This document shows, in pieces, positions 23,830 to 37,162 of a stretch of DNA of 64,000 nucleotides. The notes under the pieces were generated by a model. It was given only the letters and a program-made list of their open reading frames with translations. It had not been told where the DNA came from and did not search any database. Position 1 is the stretch's first letter; each line of letters begins with the position of its first letter. The translations under genes were made by a program, and so were the position numbers. Source of the DNA: Camelus dromedarius. Its lineage: Eukaryota. The stretch spans positions 83,020,001 through 83,084,000 of the forward strand of contig NC_087436.1 in assembly GCF_036321535.1 (NCBI RefSeq). Reading direction: 5' to 3'.

Positions 23830-24440
23830 TTGTCTTCTATTGCTGAGTGAAAACTTACCATCAATTTAGCATCTTAAAACAATACTGATTTCTTTTTTTT
23901 TTTTCTATTTAAGTATAGTCAGTTTACAATGTTGTATCAAACTCATTTCTTATTTCACAATTCTGGAGGTCAGGAATCTAGGTGGGCTAGGCTCTGCTCT
24001 GGGTATCACGGCGCCAAATCAAAGTATCAGCCAGTTGGGCTCTTATCTGAAGGCTCTTATCTGAAGAATCTGCTTCCAAGGACACGTTGTTAGCAGAATC
24101 CAGTTCCTTGCAGTTTTAGGACTGAGGTCTTTGCAGTTTAGGATTGAGGCTGATGGCCAACCAGCTCCTGAAGGCTGCCCACATTCCTTCTCTGGGATTC
24201 CTTCAAAGCAGGTCCTTCTCAAACTTCAAATCTCTCCGACTTCCCCTTCCTCTGTTCAAAGTGTGATTACATCAGGTTCATCTCAATAATCTCACTATTT
24301 TGGAGTGAACTCATTTGGGACTTTCATTACAACTGTAAAGTTCCTCAAAGCAGTACCTAGACTAGTGTTTGGTTAAATAATCAGTGGATGAACTGAAATC
24401 TTGGGCTCTGAGGAACAAGGGGATGTTTAGAATCTGAATG
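23830..24440 (-). mobile_element. MLT1-type MaLR LTR containing a ~50-bp L1 3' tip (23893-23940)
   Basis: 'atttcacaattctggaggtcaggaatc', 'gttagcagaatccagttccttgcag'; the insert is poly-T plus 'aagtatagtcagtttacaatgttgt', flanked by actgatttct / actcatttct. Confidence 0.75.
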
Positions 24441-24967
24441 TTAAGTTGAGAAGATCAAAGAACACAGAAGGATAGGGTGATGGGTTGATCATCTACATAA
24501 ACACAGACTCTGCCAAGGCAGTGACCACCTTGGAGAGAAGAGAGATACTGAAAACCAGCTGTCAGAGTCTTTTATAGATACAGAGAAAAGAAGAGAAGCT
24601 GGCATTAATACAGAGAGAGACAGATAATGTGTGTATGTGTGCGTGTGTGTCTGTGGCAGGGGTGGTGGAGGTGGTTGAGGCCAGATGTGGAGCCAGACCA
24701 CCTTGATTCATATAATTTTCTTTCTATAGCAGGCAAGACACCAAATAAAGAATTCGTTTGGTTATAAAGTTCACAGAGGCGGTCAAGCTCTAAAAAACGA
24801 CATAGCAGGGGAAGAATGTATATAATTAGGTACTGATAATTATTCTGCAGACTCATTAAGTGGGGCAGAGGATGTAACATTTGTCCCTGCAAAACAGACT
24901 GCAAAGTTAAATGTTGAGTCTACCAAACTAAATGTCACACATCCATAAAGTCTTTTGTTTGAGTAAA

Positions 24968-25390
24968 CTTTTTAATTGAGGTATAATACAGAAAATCTAA
25001 GTAAACTGCCTGATGTATATTTACAAAATAAACACATTTGTATATCTGTCACCCAGATCAAATATATATATAAATATATGTGTGTGTATGTATGTGTGTT
25101 TGTTCTATGTCAACTATATCTCAATAAAAACAAACAAGACAGAAAAAAAACCAGACAAAACTCATGTATAGTGATAGAAGTCAGAAGAGTAGTGACCTTT
25201 GGAAGGGACAATGACAGGGGTGGAGCATAAGGGAGACTTCTGGGATACTGACAATAAACAAATATATGTAGGTCTGGGTGGCAGATATACGGGTGTGTTC
25301 ACTTTGTAAATATCCATCAAATTGTTTACTTAGATCTTCTTTACTTTTTCCATATGTATGTTATACTGCAATCTATAAGTTACTTAAACA
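24968..25390. mobile_element. Old L1M 3' fragments in both orientations
   Basis: 'ttttaattgaggtataat' (minus); 'gatagaagtcagaagagtagtgacctttgg...gtgttcactttgtaaatatccatcaa' (plus). Confidence 0.6.
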
Positions 25391-25569
25391 AAGGACTTTA
25401 TGGACATGTGTTACATGGAAAAGAAAGATAGGAAGATGCTAGATTAAAACAAGTTGATTAAGTAGGTTTCATCATTGCAAAACATGTATACAACATTTGT
25501 TCATGGACCCTCTCCACCAAGAAGCAGCTCAAAGCCTGTATTCTTGGTAACATACTAACAGAAATGTGA

Positions 25570-26050
25570 GAAAACCTTCTAGGGTCAAATTGTGGAGGAC
25601 TCAAAGGCCAAATCAAGGTGTTTAGACATACCCTGAGAGTGAGAAATCACTGAAAGGTTAGTGTTGGGATGACATTATCAAAGTTGTGTTTTAGAGAGAT
25701 TAATTTGTTCACGTAAAGAATGGATGGGGGGATGTAGGAAATCTCAAAATGAAAATAATGAAGACTGAACTAGAGCAATGGTGGAAAAAATTTGTGAGGG
25801 AAGGGACATGAAGGAAACATGGTAAAGGAAGAATTTACAGTCTTGGTAATGGATAGAACATTGAACGTGAGAGACAAAGAAGCCAGAGCGGACTTTAAGA
25901 TCTGAAAACTGAGAAGCTGAACACCTTGTGGTGTCATTAATGGGAATTATGTTGCTAGAAAGTATGTCTTTTACCTCCCGTGTATTTCCTTAATGTTGCC
26001 TCGCTCAGGGCCTTGAACACAACAGACTCTCGATAAATATTTATCGACCA
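25570..26050. mobile_element. L2 fragments
   Basis: 'gagaaatcactgaaagg...aaagttgtgttttagagagattaatt'; L2 tail-like 'cagggccttgaacacaacagactctcgataaatatttatcga'. Confidence 0.55.
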
Positions 26051-26694
26051 AGTAATAAAAGTGAGTTTACCTTATTTAATTCCGGGGCTTATCCACCCTT
26101 ACATGAATCTGCTATGTTGTAAAAATGGAAGAGGGCTTCACTTCTTTCATAAGATACATTACTGACTACTATTAACATTTTATTGCCTGTAGAGATAAGA
26201 GTTCATTTGTGGGGTCAGCTGAAGCTAAAGTGTAATGAGCATTAAATGACACATGATTCTTTATATAATGCCTTAGAATTGCCTCATCTGGCTGTCACGC
26301 TCTATATTATAATAGATGATGTCAACAAAGCCAAAAACTTATAGCTACACCCTCAGTTACATTTTAGTCTTCCCTATGTCATTGCTCATATCAGACCAAG
26401 AAACACACATTAATTATTCTATGTGTAACAAAGCTGTAAGCCAATGTAGATGTACCCAACATTCCTCTCACCTCTATAGTTTTTGTTATTTGACCCTTTG
26501 GTGCCTCAATTTCCTACCTCAAATTAAGGGTGATAATATCTATGTCACAAGGTTGAATAAAGATAAAAATTAATTACTGTATATTTGGAAAACATAATTT
26601 TTATCCAAAGCTAATAATAACGGCGAATATTTCTTGAGTATTTGCTACTTGCCAGGCAGTGTTCTAAGTGCCTTTATGTCCCTTCCCTCACACT

Positions 26695-26825
26695 CTACTA
26701 CTGGAAGTCCAATCTCCTGCCATCCTGGGTCTCAAGGCCTACTGGGAGTTGAATTTTCTGCCACTTTGGTGTTAATTGCTGTGTCATCCCTTTAATTATG
26801 TCCTGCCCCTTTCCTTCCTGTCTCA
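26695..26825 (-). mobile_element. MER41-like LTR 5' fragment (copy 4)
   Basis: Matches 4720-4853: 'ctactgggagttgaat...gtcctgccccttccttcctgtctca'. Confidence 0.8.
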
Positions 26826-27245
26826 AAGGGAGCTCAAACTACATGAAGCTGGGGACTGGAGCCAGACTCTCTGAAATCCAGGGCAGGGATGGGGCTGCCC
26901 CCTTATAAAAGGGTGGAGGTAGTGGGAGACAGTGCTGCCCCACTCTGCGTAGGGATGTGTGGCTGTGTGGTGTGGATGGCCATGCTGAGGCAGAGACACA
27001 GCACATGGGCCGTGAAGCTCCTCCAGCCCATTGTGCCTCCCTGGTGCCCCTAGAGGCTTCTGGGCTTCCTTGAAGGTGGGCAGTGGACGAGAGCCCCTGG
27101 AGTGGACCTCTGGCTGTGAAGTACCTGGTCTCACCTGCTGCCTCTGGAACAGTCTCTAACATTGCTGGATAACCCTGCATTTCCACTGCTCTCTGCTCAA
27201 TAACACGGCTTCCCAAATTAGATTGTTTCTAACAAAAGTGTGACA
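26826..27245 (+). mobile_element. Possible ancient LTR, family unassigned
   Basis: GC-rich block with TATAAAA near 26904, AATAAC, and a terminal 'gtgtgaca'. Confidence 0.35.
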
Positions 27246-27519
27246 TTCAAGCTACAATCCTGGGCATGCCCAACTTCAGCCATTTGTAAGACTGATAATG
27301 AAATAAACCATGTTAATTGTAAAATTTTTTTAATTAAAAAAATAAAAGTGCTGCTAAGTTTTGGTGAGGGATGCAGCCAACGGGCTGCTCCATTTGTAGG
27401 AAACAGGAAGACACACATACAGTCTGACAGGCCTTCTTCCTGCTCCACCATGCCTCTTAATCCTCCTTACATATTCCCACAGCTTTATCTCCCTATGGCT
27501 AGACCTTGGATAGTTTCCT

Positions 27520-28460
27520 CAGACACATACATCTTCTGGGTCACTCATTCTCTACACAATTATATTAATCTTTCATTTAACCTTCTATCCATTTGAATTC
27601 TTAATTTCAGTAAGTTTTTTTTTATTTGTAAAAGTAGTATTTTGTTCTTCAAATTGGCCTCATGAGAGTCTCTTATTCTCACTCCTGTTTTCAATGCCCA
27701 TTTTTACATCTGAAAATATTTCAAGTAGAATTATTTTTTAAATTTTGATAATTAGTTATAAAACCTAAGCTCTCTGTGGTTCTGATTCTGTTATCTCTGA
27801 CTTGCTTGATTTCTGTTTTATAATTTTTTACTGTAAGTTTCTTGTTGGTTGTCTCTGCGAATTCTTTAAGGCCTGGCTGAGGGTATGCTCCCCTGGGAAA
27901 GTCTGTTTTTGCTTCTCCTAGATACCTGGGAATATTACCTATCCTGATACCCTTTAAATTATAGGCTTGTGTTTTTGGATCATGCAAAGAATGTGGACTG
28001 GGTCCCAAACTACATGAGATCTGGCCAGTGGCTACAAGTTCTCAGGGGAGGCTTTTTCTTAACTCCTTTTTTTAAATGTCCATTCATAGCCCAGCCCAAG
28101 ACAGAAATGTGTTCTTATGGTCCACCTTGGCAGGGTGGGTTTCCTTTCAAGTTCACCCTTCCTGAGGGTGCTTCTCTCCTGGGTCCAGGCATTACGCTTC
28201 CATTTTATGTGACTTCAGGCTTTGTCCCTGTCCCCTTTGTGCAGTGCAGTTCAGCGTCTCAATAAAGATGACTGTAGGCCTCAGGGTTTCCGGCTTTAAA
28301 ACTTAAGTTTTCCTGCCTAGCCTCTACTCCATTCGGATCTTAGTGGACTCATCAATCATTTAAGAGTGGTTTTAATATTTTATCAAGCATATTTAGATAT
28401 TATGTAGCTGGGTAGTTTCAGGGTCTCTAATGTTGCAATACTGATGAAAACAGAAGTCCT
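27520..28460 (-). mobile_element. Ancient L1M/HAL1-like 5' and ORF1-region fragment
   Basis: T-rich antisense L1 signature 'tcatttaacccttctatccatttgaattcttaatttcagt', 'gctctctgtggttctgattctgtt'. Confidence 0.5.
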
Positions 28461-29764
28461 CAAATACGCCTGTCATTTTCTTCACTTTCTCTTGTTATTA
28501 TGGGAATTTCCAAACATAAGCAGAAAGAACAGTATGAAGAACACCTCTGTGCTGATCAGTGAGTGGCCAATCTTTGTTTCACTGATACTCCCCTTTTATC
28601 CCCCTTGCCCACAGATCACTTTGAAACAAATTTCAGAGAGCAAATAATTTTACTCACAAATATTTTTATATGTATTTCATAAATATTTTCTATGTCCAAA
28701 GATATAGATTCTATCTTGATAATTAATTTTCATATTTATCTCATATGTCATCTTTCACAAACTATCAATTTAAGCTGTTTACTTCCTTTTTATGGGACAC
28801 TTATAATAAGTAAATCAAAGAGTACTCTACAAAGTTTAAACTAAATTTAATTTTAAATGTCACACCTTCCCTAATAATGAAATATACTTATCCTATACCT
28901 AATTTCCTTGGAGTCACAGTATTTCTCTATGGGCCTCATCGTCTGTGCCAAGTGACGGCAAATATCCTTGACCATGAAAGAAATCAGAACAGATAACCTC
29001 TATGAACACTCGGTAGAAAAAAAAACCACTTAACAATAAACTCCAGCTAATTAACAGAGAGAAAAATAAAGAACTGTAGGAAGAAGTAAGTAAAAAGATT
29101 GGCAATATGCATTAATACATTTATATAGAAAATAATACTGTGGAAATTATGTTTATAAACATAATGTAAATATTATAAACATAAAAAATTACAAATAATA
29201 AAAACTAAGGCAGGTGTTGAAAGGAGGTAGAAAGAAATGTGAGTCATTCTCATCTTTCATAGCAGGAAACCAATTGACACCTTTTAAATGGAAACTAACA
29301 CCCATGTGGGCAACCTCCACATATTTATTATGGCCTCAAATTAAATCAGAGAGGTTTATTTTTGCCAAACATGAAGCACAAATGTGAATTATTATTATTA
29401 TCCACTTTTTAAGAATTTCTGCACAGTCTCAATCATTTGAAATGAGAAGTATTATTCTTATGGGAAAAAAAAAGAGAGAAATTTTAAGTAAGTGACATTC
29501 CCAAAGTGTTAATTAGCCAATTTAACTTTCTATGTTAAGGATAGTGGTCAGAAAAGATACCCTACTAGATGATGTTTTTGTCTCCCATCTCTGAAAATAT
29601 GCTGTAAACATCACACAAAAACTTTTTTTCAATTTCGTAGTGGTTTCAAGTAAGGGCAATACATGCCTCCCCAAAGAGGATGTTTGAAAATGTCTGAGGG
29701 TTGCTGTTGGCACGCAGTGGTCATAGCGAAGGAGGGGAAGCACACCGTAAAAGAAGCAACAGTG

Positions 29765-31520
29765 CCGTATCAAAGAAATCATTGCAAATCCATTGTCATG
29801 CTGCTTTCTCCCTACATTTCTTTCTAAGACTTTCATAATTTTACCTCTCAGGTTTAGGCCTTTTATCCATTTTGAGTTAGTTTTCTGTCTATGGTGTAAA
29901 TAAAGGTTTCTAAAATCATTCTTTTACATGTAAGTATACAGTTTTCCCAACACCAACATGTTTTTTATGTTTTAAAAAATTTTATTTCTTTAAATTTAAA
30001 TATAGTTGATATACAACATTATGTTAGTTTCAGGTGTACTACATAGTGATTTGACATTTGCATACATTATGAAATGATCACCACAATAAGCCTAGTAACC
30101 ATCTGTCCCCATACAAAGTAACTACAATATTATTGACCATACTCCTTATGTGTATACTACATCCCTGTGGCTTATTTATTTTGTAACTGGAGGTTTGTAA
30201 CCTCTTAATCCCCTTCACCTATTTCTACCCCTGCCTCTGCCAACCACTCCTTTGTTCTCTATGAGTACTTTTTCATTGTTTTGTTTGTTTTATTTTTTTA
30301 GATTCCACATGTAAGAGAGATATACAGTATTTGTCTATCTCTGTCTGATTTATTTCATTTAGCATAATACCCTCTCAATTCATTGATGTTGTTGCAAATG
30401 ACAAGATTTCTTTTTTTGTGGCTGAGTAATAGTTCCCTGTATATATATATTCCACATCTTCTTTATCCAATCATCTATCGATGAACACTTAGGTTGCTTC
30501 CATATCTTCGCTACTGTAAATAATGCCGCTGTGAACATTGGTGTGCATACATCTTTTCAGATTAGTGTTTTTATTTTCTTCAGGTAAATACCTATAAGTG
30601 GAATTACTGAATCCTCTGGTAATTCTATTTTTAATTTTTGAGGAACTTCCATATTGTTTTCCATAGCGCCCACATTAATTTACATTGACACTAACAGTGC
30701 ACAAGGGTTCCCTTTCCTCCACAGCCTCGTCAATACTTATTACTTGTCTTTTTGATGATAGCCATTCTGACAGATAGTATCTCATTGTGATTTTGATTTA
30801 CATTCCTCATCTGTTGGCCATATGTACGTCTTTTTTTTTTTTAAAGTCTATTCGGTTCTCTGCCCATTTTTTAATCAAGGTTTTCATTTTGTTGAGATTT
30901 TGTTATGCAAAAGCTTTTTAGTTTGATGTGGTCTCATTTGTTTATTTTTACTTTTGTCTCCCAAGCCTGAGGAGACAGATCCAAAAAAATATCGTTAAGA
31001 CTGATGTCAAAGGGTATATCGTCTATTTTCTTCTAGGAGTTTCATGGTTTCAGGTCTTAAATTTAAACTCTTTAATCTATTTTGAGTTTATTTTTGTATG
31101 TGGGATGAGTAAGGAGTCCAGATTAATTCTTTTGCATGTAGCTGTCCAGTTTTCCCAACACCAGTTATTGAAGAGACTGTCTTTTCTTCATTGTATATTC
31201 TTGACCCCTTTAATATAGATTAAAAGTGACTATATTTATTTCTGGGTTTATTTCTGGGCTCTCTATTCTTTTCCACTAATCCATGTGTTTGTTTTCTAGC
31301 CAGTACCATGCTGATTTGATTATTATAGCTTTACAGTATAGTTTGAAAGCAGGGACCCAATATCATTTCTTGAAAAGACTGTCCTTTTCCCATTGAATGA
31401 TCTTGGTACTTTTTCTGAAAATCAATTGACCATATATACAAGTGTTTATTCCTGGGATCTGTAGTCCATTTCCATTGGTCTATATGTTGATTCTTATGCT
31501 AGTACTGCAATATTTTGGGT
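29765..31520 (-). mobile_element. Nested L1s: older ORF2 fragment interrupted by a younger L1 3' portion (~29960-31355)
   Basis: Host 'cagttttcccaacacca' resumes as 'cccaatatcatttcttgaaaagactgtcc'; the insert has a poly-T head, 3' UTR and ORF2 C-terminus. Confidence 0.8.
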
Positions 31521-31604
31521 TTTTTTTTAATTATAAAATGATTTATTTTATTTGGTCCTTTTAGACATTAAGGAAGTAATAGTACATAGATAGTTCCTAT
31601 ATAT

Positions 31605-32680
31605 TTTTAAAAACATTTTTCTTGAAGTATAGTCAACTTACAATATTATATTAGTTTCAGATGTTTGACATGGTAATTTGATATTTTTAGAGATTATGCT
31701 CCATACAAAGTTATTATAAAATACTGATGATATTCCCTGTGCTGTACATTACATCCTTGTACTTTATTTATTTTATACCCAGTAGTTTGCACCTCTTAGT
31801 CACTTTCACCTATTTGCCCCTCCCTCCACTCCTCTCCCTATGATTGATCATTATATAATGTCCATCTTTGTCTCCTGTTACTATTTTTGGCTTGAAGTCT
31901 ATTTTGACTGATGTGAGAATGACTACATCTGCTTTCTTTTGGCCGCCATTTGCTTGTAGGGTCATCTTCCAACATTTCACTCTGAGCCTATGTTTGTCTT
32001 TAGAGCTGAGATGAGTCTCATAGAGGCAGCATATATTTGGGTCTCATTCTTTCATCCATCTAGCCACTCTATGTCTTTTGATTGGTGAATTCATTCCATT
32101 TATATTTAGGGTGATTATTGATATATGAGCACTTATTACTGCCATTTTATCTTTTGTTTTCTGCTTGCTCTATATCTCCATTGTTTCTTTTTCCTTGTTT
32201 TTGTCTGCCATTTTACTTTGGTGGCCTTCAGTGATATTTTTCTCAGTTTCCTATTTTTTTTAATGTTTTGTGTCTCTGCTCCAGATTTTTGTTTTGTAGT
32301 TACCATGAGTTTTGTATAAAATGTCTCATAGATAAAAGGATCCTTTTCAGCTGATAGCATCTTACCTTCATTTGCCTATACAGATTCCATCTTTTTCTTC
32401 TTCCCCTTTTATGTTTTTGTTATCACAAATTATCCTTTTTTATGTTGTGAGTTCATCACCAAATTAAGTAGCTATAGTTATTTTTAATGCTTTTTTCCCC
32501 CTTAACCTTTACACTATAGTAAGTGTTAACAACCTACTCTGATACAGAGTTACAATTTTCTGATTTTGTCTATTTATCACCTTACCCAAAGTTTCATGTA
32601 CCTTTGCCTTTTCAGGTAGAAGTGCTCCTTTTAACATTTGTTGTAAGGCAGGTCTAGTGGTGATAAACTTAGCTTTTGGC
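31605..32680 (-). mobile_element. L1 pieces: 3' UTR tip joined to ORF2 endonuclease / inter-ORF / ORF1 end
   Basis: Reverse complement is homologous to 59100-59900 of the long L1 (e.g. 'tagtctcatagaggcagcatata'). Confidence 0.8.
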
Positions 32681-32771
32681 TTCATGGTATTATTTTTATA
32701 TTAAACCATATAACTACTTACAAAATATGTTAGAGTACTTAGCCCTTAATTTTATACCTGCTTACTTATAT

Positions 32772-33390
32772 CATAATGAGATACCAGTTTACACCACTAG
32801 AATGGCTATAATCAAAAAGACACAATAACAAGTGTTGGTACGAGAATTTGAAGAAACTGGAGTCCTCACACATTGCTGGTGGGAATGTAAAGTGGTGCAA
32901 TTACTTTGGAAAACTAGTGTGGCAGTTTCTTTAAAAGTTAAACATAAATCAACCATACCTTAATATAAATAAAGAATGAATGAATGAATAAATAAATAAA
33001 AGTTAAACATAAATTTACCATATGACTCAAGAAATTCAGTCCCAGGAATCTAACAGAAATAATAACAGATATCCACACAAAGGCCTGTACGCAAATGTGG
33101 TATTATCCATAATAACGAAAACTTAGCAACAGCATGAATGTGCATCAACTGGGTGAGTAGATAAACAAAGATGGGTATATCCATACAGCTCAACAATACT
33201 GTTCAGCAATAAATACTAATAATTCATGCTATAAGATGGGCAAACTTCAAAAATATGCTAAGCAAAAGAAGCAGGACAGAAAGACTGTAAGATTCAACTT
33301 AATGATGTGCCCAGAGAAAGCAAAGCTACAGAGTCAGAAAGTAGTTTAGTGCTTGAGGTAGGAAAGAGGAATGAATGCAAATAGGCAAGA
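32772..33390 (+). mobile_element. Old L1M ORF2 end / 3' UTR
   Basis: 'aatgagataccagtttacaccactagaatggctataatcaaaaagac', 'cattgctggtgggaatgtaaagtggtgca'. Confidence 0.8.
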
Positions 33391-33399
33391 AGAATATTT

Positions 33400-34520
33400 T
33401 CTTAACACAACTCTTCCTATAGTGATTCAGCAGTTATCAGTTACAATATTTTGTGTAATTGGCTCAAAAGAGCCCAGCTGTATACTTGAATCAGTCCATA
33501 GTCCAATTAGAGATTTGTTTCCATACCCAACATAAATTTTTGACTATGCCAGTGGGGAGGAGGTTCCAGGAACCATGTTGACTTGTGCTCCACTGTCCCT
33601 AAGGACTGACAGGTTTGACAACTTTAAGTGCAATCAAGTTCCCAACACACTTTGACCAGTGCATAAATCCTCCAGTTCCAGTTAGAAAAGGAGGAGCCTT
33701 AACCCTTGTCCTAGGCTGGCTTCTCCTTGAAATGAGAAAGGCTAGGTAGGAGATGATGCTGAATGTATTAGGTAAACAACAGTCCAAACTGCACAGATCT
33801 CAGCAAGGGGACTTTGGTTCTCTTGGTCCTTCTCCTGTTTCAGCAAAAGGGGCAGCCATGGGGAACTGTGTGATCGCTCCTAGCTCTCCTGCACAACTAG
33901 CAGGGCGACCTCATTTGCTAGTCAAGGAAGAAGCCTCTCTAGTCTCATTGGACTTTTGCCCAAACCCATCCTTTGTATCACTTCCCTCCAACTTATGTAG
34001 AAACAGTACATTTCACTGTAATTGACTGTCCCTTGTCATCACTTTATCAGTGAGGTCTGCTCCTCTTCCCTAGGGTCTGTTCCATACCTGCTTAGTCCAC
34101 CAGAGAAGTCTCACCTGTATTTTTTCAAAAGAACATCGTCACCTTATCAGATCCAGAAAAAAAAAGGGCATTTTAAACCCCATGGAGTCAATCTGTCAAA
34201 AGCAGGTGGGGAAAAGTCCTGTGTAGTGTTCACAGCAGTTTTGTGGGAGCTGCAAATGTTCTCTCAGAAACAAAGAAAGTGTGTGAAAGACAGCAGCTCT
34301 TTGACTATATACTGTGTAGTGAACCCACTTACATAATTTCAAGTATTGTATCCAGCAAGTGTGCCCTCAATTTTGTTGGGAATTTTATGTCTCCCTTCTG
34401 GTAGGCATCCAAGGCCACAGAAAAAGTCATCTGCAACTTGCCAATCAACAAGATATCATTATACAGTGAAAACTCTAGACAGCAGAAGAATTGTCCTCTG
34501 ACACCCTACGAACATTCCAA
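33400..34520 (-). pseudogene. Decayed class III (ERVL-like) endogenous retrovirus protease, with probable upstream gag remnant
   Basis: My translation of one minus frame: LSVLRDSGAQVNMVPGTSSPLA*SKIYVGYGNKSLIGLWTDSSIQLGSFEPITQNIVTDNC*ITIGRVVLR, i.e. a retropepsin D-S-G (33589-33597) plus an 'IG..L' C-terminal motif; gag assignment is weaker. Confidence 0.65.
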
Positions 34521-34799
34521 TTCAAAACATAACACACTTCAATACCAATTATGTACTATGATATCGTACATAAAATGAGTCAGCTCACAGGCCCCTCAAG
34601 GACAAAATCACTTAATTTTTATCATTCATTACAAGTTCTACAGCTATATTCAGAGACTCTACAGAAACAGAGATCTCAGGTATTTTTAAACAGGCATTAA
34701 CACACCAGCCTCCTGACCATCTACTCTTCTCAGCTGGAAGGCCAGGAAATAAGAGGGAGGAGGTGCAGGTGTTCCAATCCACCCACTAAGCATAGGTCT

Positions 34800-34938
34800 G
34801 CTGTGAGCTTTTTGAGGTGATAGAAAGGTTCTAAAATTGGATCAGTAATGCTTACACTGCTCTATAAATTTTCTAAAATTCACTGAATTGTACACTTAAA
34901 ATGTATGGTATCTAAATGTCAATAAAGCAGTTTTTAAA
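34800..34938 (+). mobile_element. Old L1M 3' tip
   Basis: 'gaggtgatagaaaggttctaaaattgg...cactgaattgtacacttaaaa...tcaataaagc'. Confidence 0.7.
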
Positions 34939-35639
34939 AATTACAATAGTTCATTTTAAATATATATATGTATTTATTTATTTATTTAAAACATTAAAGA
35001 AATTGTATAAAAACATACTTACTACTGTGCCCTCTCATGTACTATCTACCAAATTGAAAGCCTATGTGTTGACTTGTGTCATTTGTATACGTATCTCAGA
35101 GTAAATCTTCTCCTGTCATCTGTTTAATAAGAGAAAATCATAAAATTGTAAGATGAACAAAGCAATACAAAAACCTGAAATCATCTCCAATTACTAGTCT
35201 GTTAATCAGATTTTTCTCAATACAGTACAACCAAATGCAGAAATTAAATTCATTCCAGAGGGTTTTTGCAACTGTAATAAACCCTTTCCACAACACTTTT
35301 CTGTTCTTCAAAAATAGTAGTTTTATTGATTCACTTCCTAACAATTAAATGTATAAATTTTAACATATAAATAATAAATATATTTTTAATACATTGGATT
35401 TGTTATTTACTTTTAATTTTAAAAAATGTTTCTGTTTTAAAACAGGAAAAAAAAAAAACAACTCTCTTGGGCCACAGGTGGTACAAAAAGATCAAGCTTA
35501 ACTATATTTTTACAGTTTTTCAGTTTAAAAGAATTTATTTAGTTTATTATTGCTCTCAAGGCTCCCACAAAGGTAGATGAGATTTTATTTAGACAGCAAA
35601 GGTTTAACTTTGTAAAACATTTTTAAAAATCAGGTGTTC

Positions 35640-35945
35640 CATTTCCTCCTTTACCCCACATTTCATAGAAACATAGAGTGCTCTTTCCCACTTCCTTTTT
35701 CCCTGTTGGCTGGAAATCCAAGTGTGACTGGCATTCCTGTGGCTATCTTGGACAGCGAGATGACTGGGAATAGAAGCCATGTATGACAAAGCAACAACAT
35801 AGAAAGAATGAGAGTTCTTGAAACCATGGAATTGTTATACTACCTCTGCAATGCCTACCTCTGGATTTCCTGAACATGAGAGATAAACATCTACATTGTT
35901 TTATATCACTATCTTACCACTGAACGTAATTCTAATGAGTATACT
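35640..35945 (+). mobile_element. MLT1J/K-like MaLR LTR fragment
   Basis: 'gcctacctctggatttcctgaacatgagagataaacatctacattgtttt'. Confidence 0.55.
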
Positions 35946-35949
35946 GAGA

Positions 35950-36240
35950 TCAGAGTAATGGTACCGAGGGAGCCGTAGACCCAAAGCTCTGAGATTGGAA
36001 GTGCTTGGAATCTTCAAGGCACAGCAAGGTAAATTGGCTAAGGTATCAGTAACGGGAGGGAGAATGGAAGGAGATGGGGTGAGCACTAATGGGGAGGCAG
36101 ATGGTGTAGGGCCTGGTGGCTCATTGATTGGTACTTTGAGCTTTTATTTAGACGTAGAAAGCCAATGGAGGTTTTGAGAAGAAAACTGACTTGACTTGAT
36201 TTATATTTGAAAAGAATTTCTTTGTAGAGAACAGACTGAT
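35950..36240 (+). mobile_element. L2 fragment
   Basis: 'gtgcttggaatcttcaaggcacagcaagg...aagccaatggaggttttgag'. Confidence 0.6.
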
Positions 36241-36327
36241 GCTAATGTCTAAAAATCCTCACAGTGGGTACATAATTATTTATTACAATATTCTCTATAT
36301 TTATTTTATATGTTTAAAACACTCTAG

Positions 36328-36779
36328 TGTTGACCTTAGAAATAAGTCAGTTATTTCATTGGCAAAAATGGGTTTATCTGGGGAATAGCAGAGAATTACA
36401 ATTCAGGACAAGCAAGCCATGGCAAAAACCATAGGCAAGTCCAACGAGCAAAGGAGAGGAACATTATTTTATACAGAAAACAGGAGTAGTCAGGAGAGGT
36501 TCTTTTGAATGAGTCCTTTGGAGAAAAGTCAGAGTTTGGGGTGATGGTGGTTTCTCGTTGGCTGAGTTGCTAGGGTAGTGGATTTCTTATAGGCCATGCA
36601 ATGTATACCTTTTCCTGCTGGAGCCTGTAACTGATGATTCTTTTCTGTTGATGATTCTTCTTTTGGGCTCTGTAACTGACAATTCTTCCTGTAGTAGATG
36701 TGGGGTTGTACTGCACCAGGGCTCCCCACTCTGGCCTCCCAACTTCATTTAGTGAGGTTTCACTTTATTAATTTTTACA
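36328..36779 (-). mobile_element. Solo LTR (tentatively MER89-like)
   Basis: TG...CA ends; near TSD CTAG/ATAG; reverse complement starts 'tgtaaaaattaataaagtgaaacctcactaaatgaagttgggaggccag'. Confidence 0.7.
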
Positions 36780-36974
36780 ATAGGTTATAAAATTTCATGG
36801 GTAAATTTTCACAATTACCTTTATTAACTGGCCAAAGCTAAAGCTGAATCATCTGTAACTAGCTTACAGTAACCTATCAGAAAAACGAATATGTTAACAC
36901 AAAGGATTTGGTCCAGATAAAAACTAAAGAACAGTCCAAGAATTGTTGAGAGTCCATTTGGTGGATGGTGGGCT

Positions 36975-37162
36975 CAGAGAAGACTGCACTTGAATCCTGC
37001 ATCTGGGTTTTACTAACTGTGTGATGATCTTGACTAAATCATTTAACCTTCCTAATCTACCAAAGTGTAGTCATCTTTGTCTCTGAAGATTCTGTGAGGA
37101 TTAAGGGCTTAGCACAGTTCCTGGCACAGAAGAATCACCCCATAAATGGTGTCTTTATTATT
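36975..37162 (+). mobile_element. MIR
   Basis: 'ttgaatcctgcatctgggttttactaactgtgtgat...gtgaggattaagggcttagcacagttcctggcacaga'. Confidence 0.75.
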
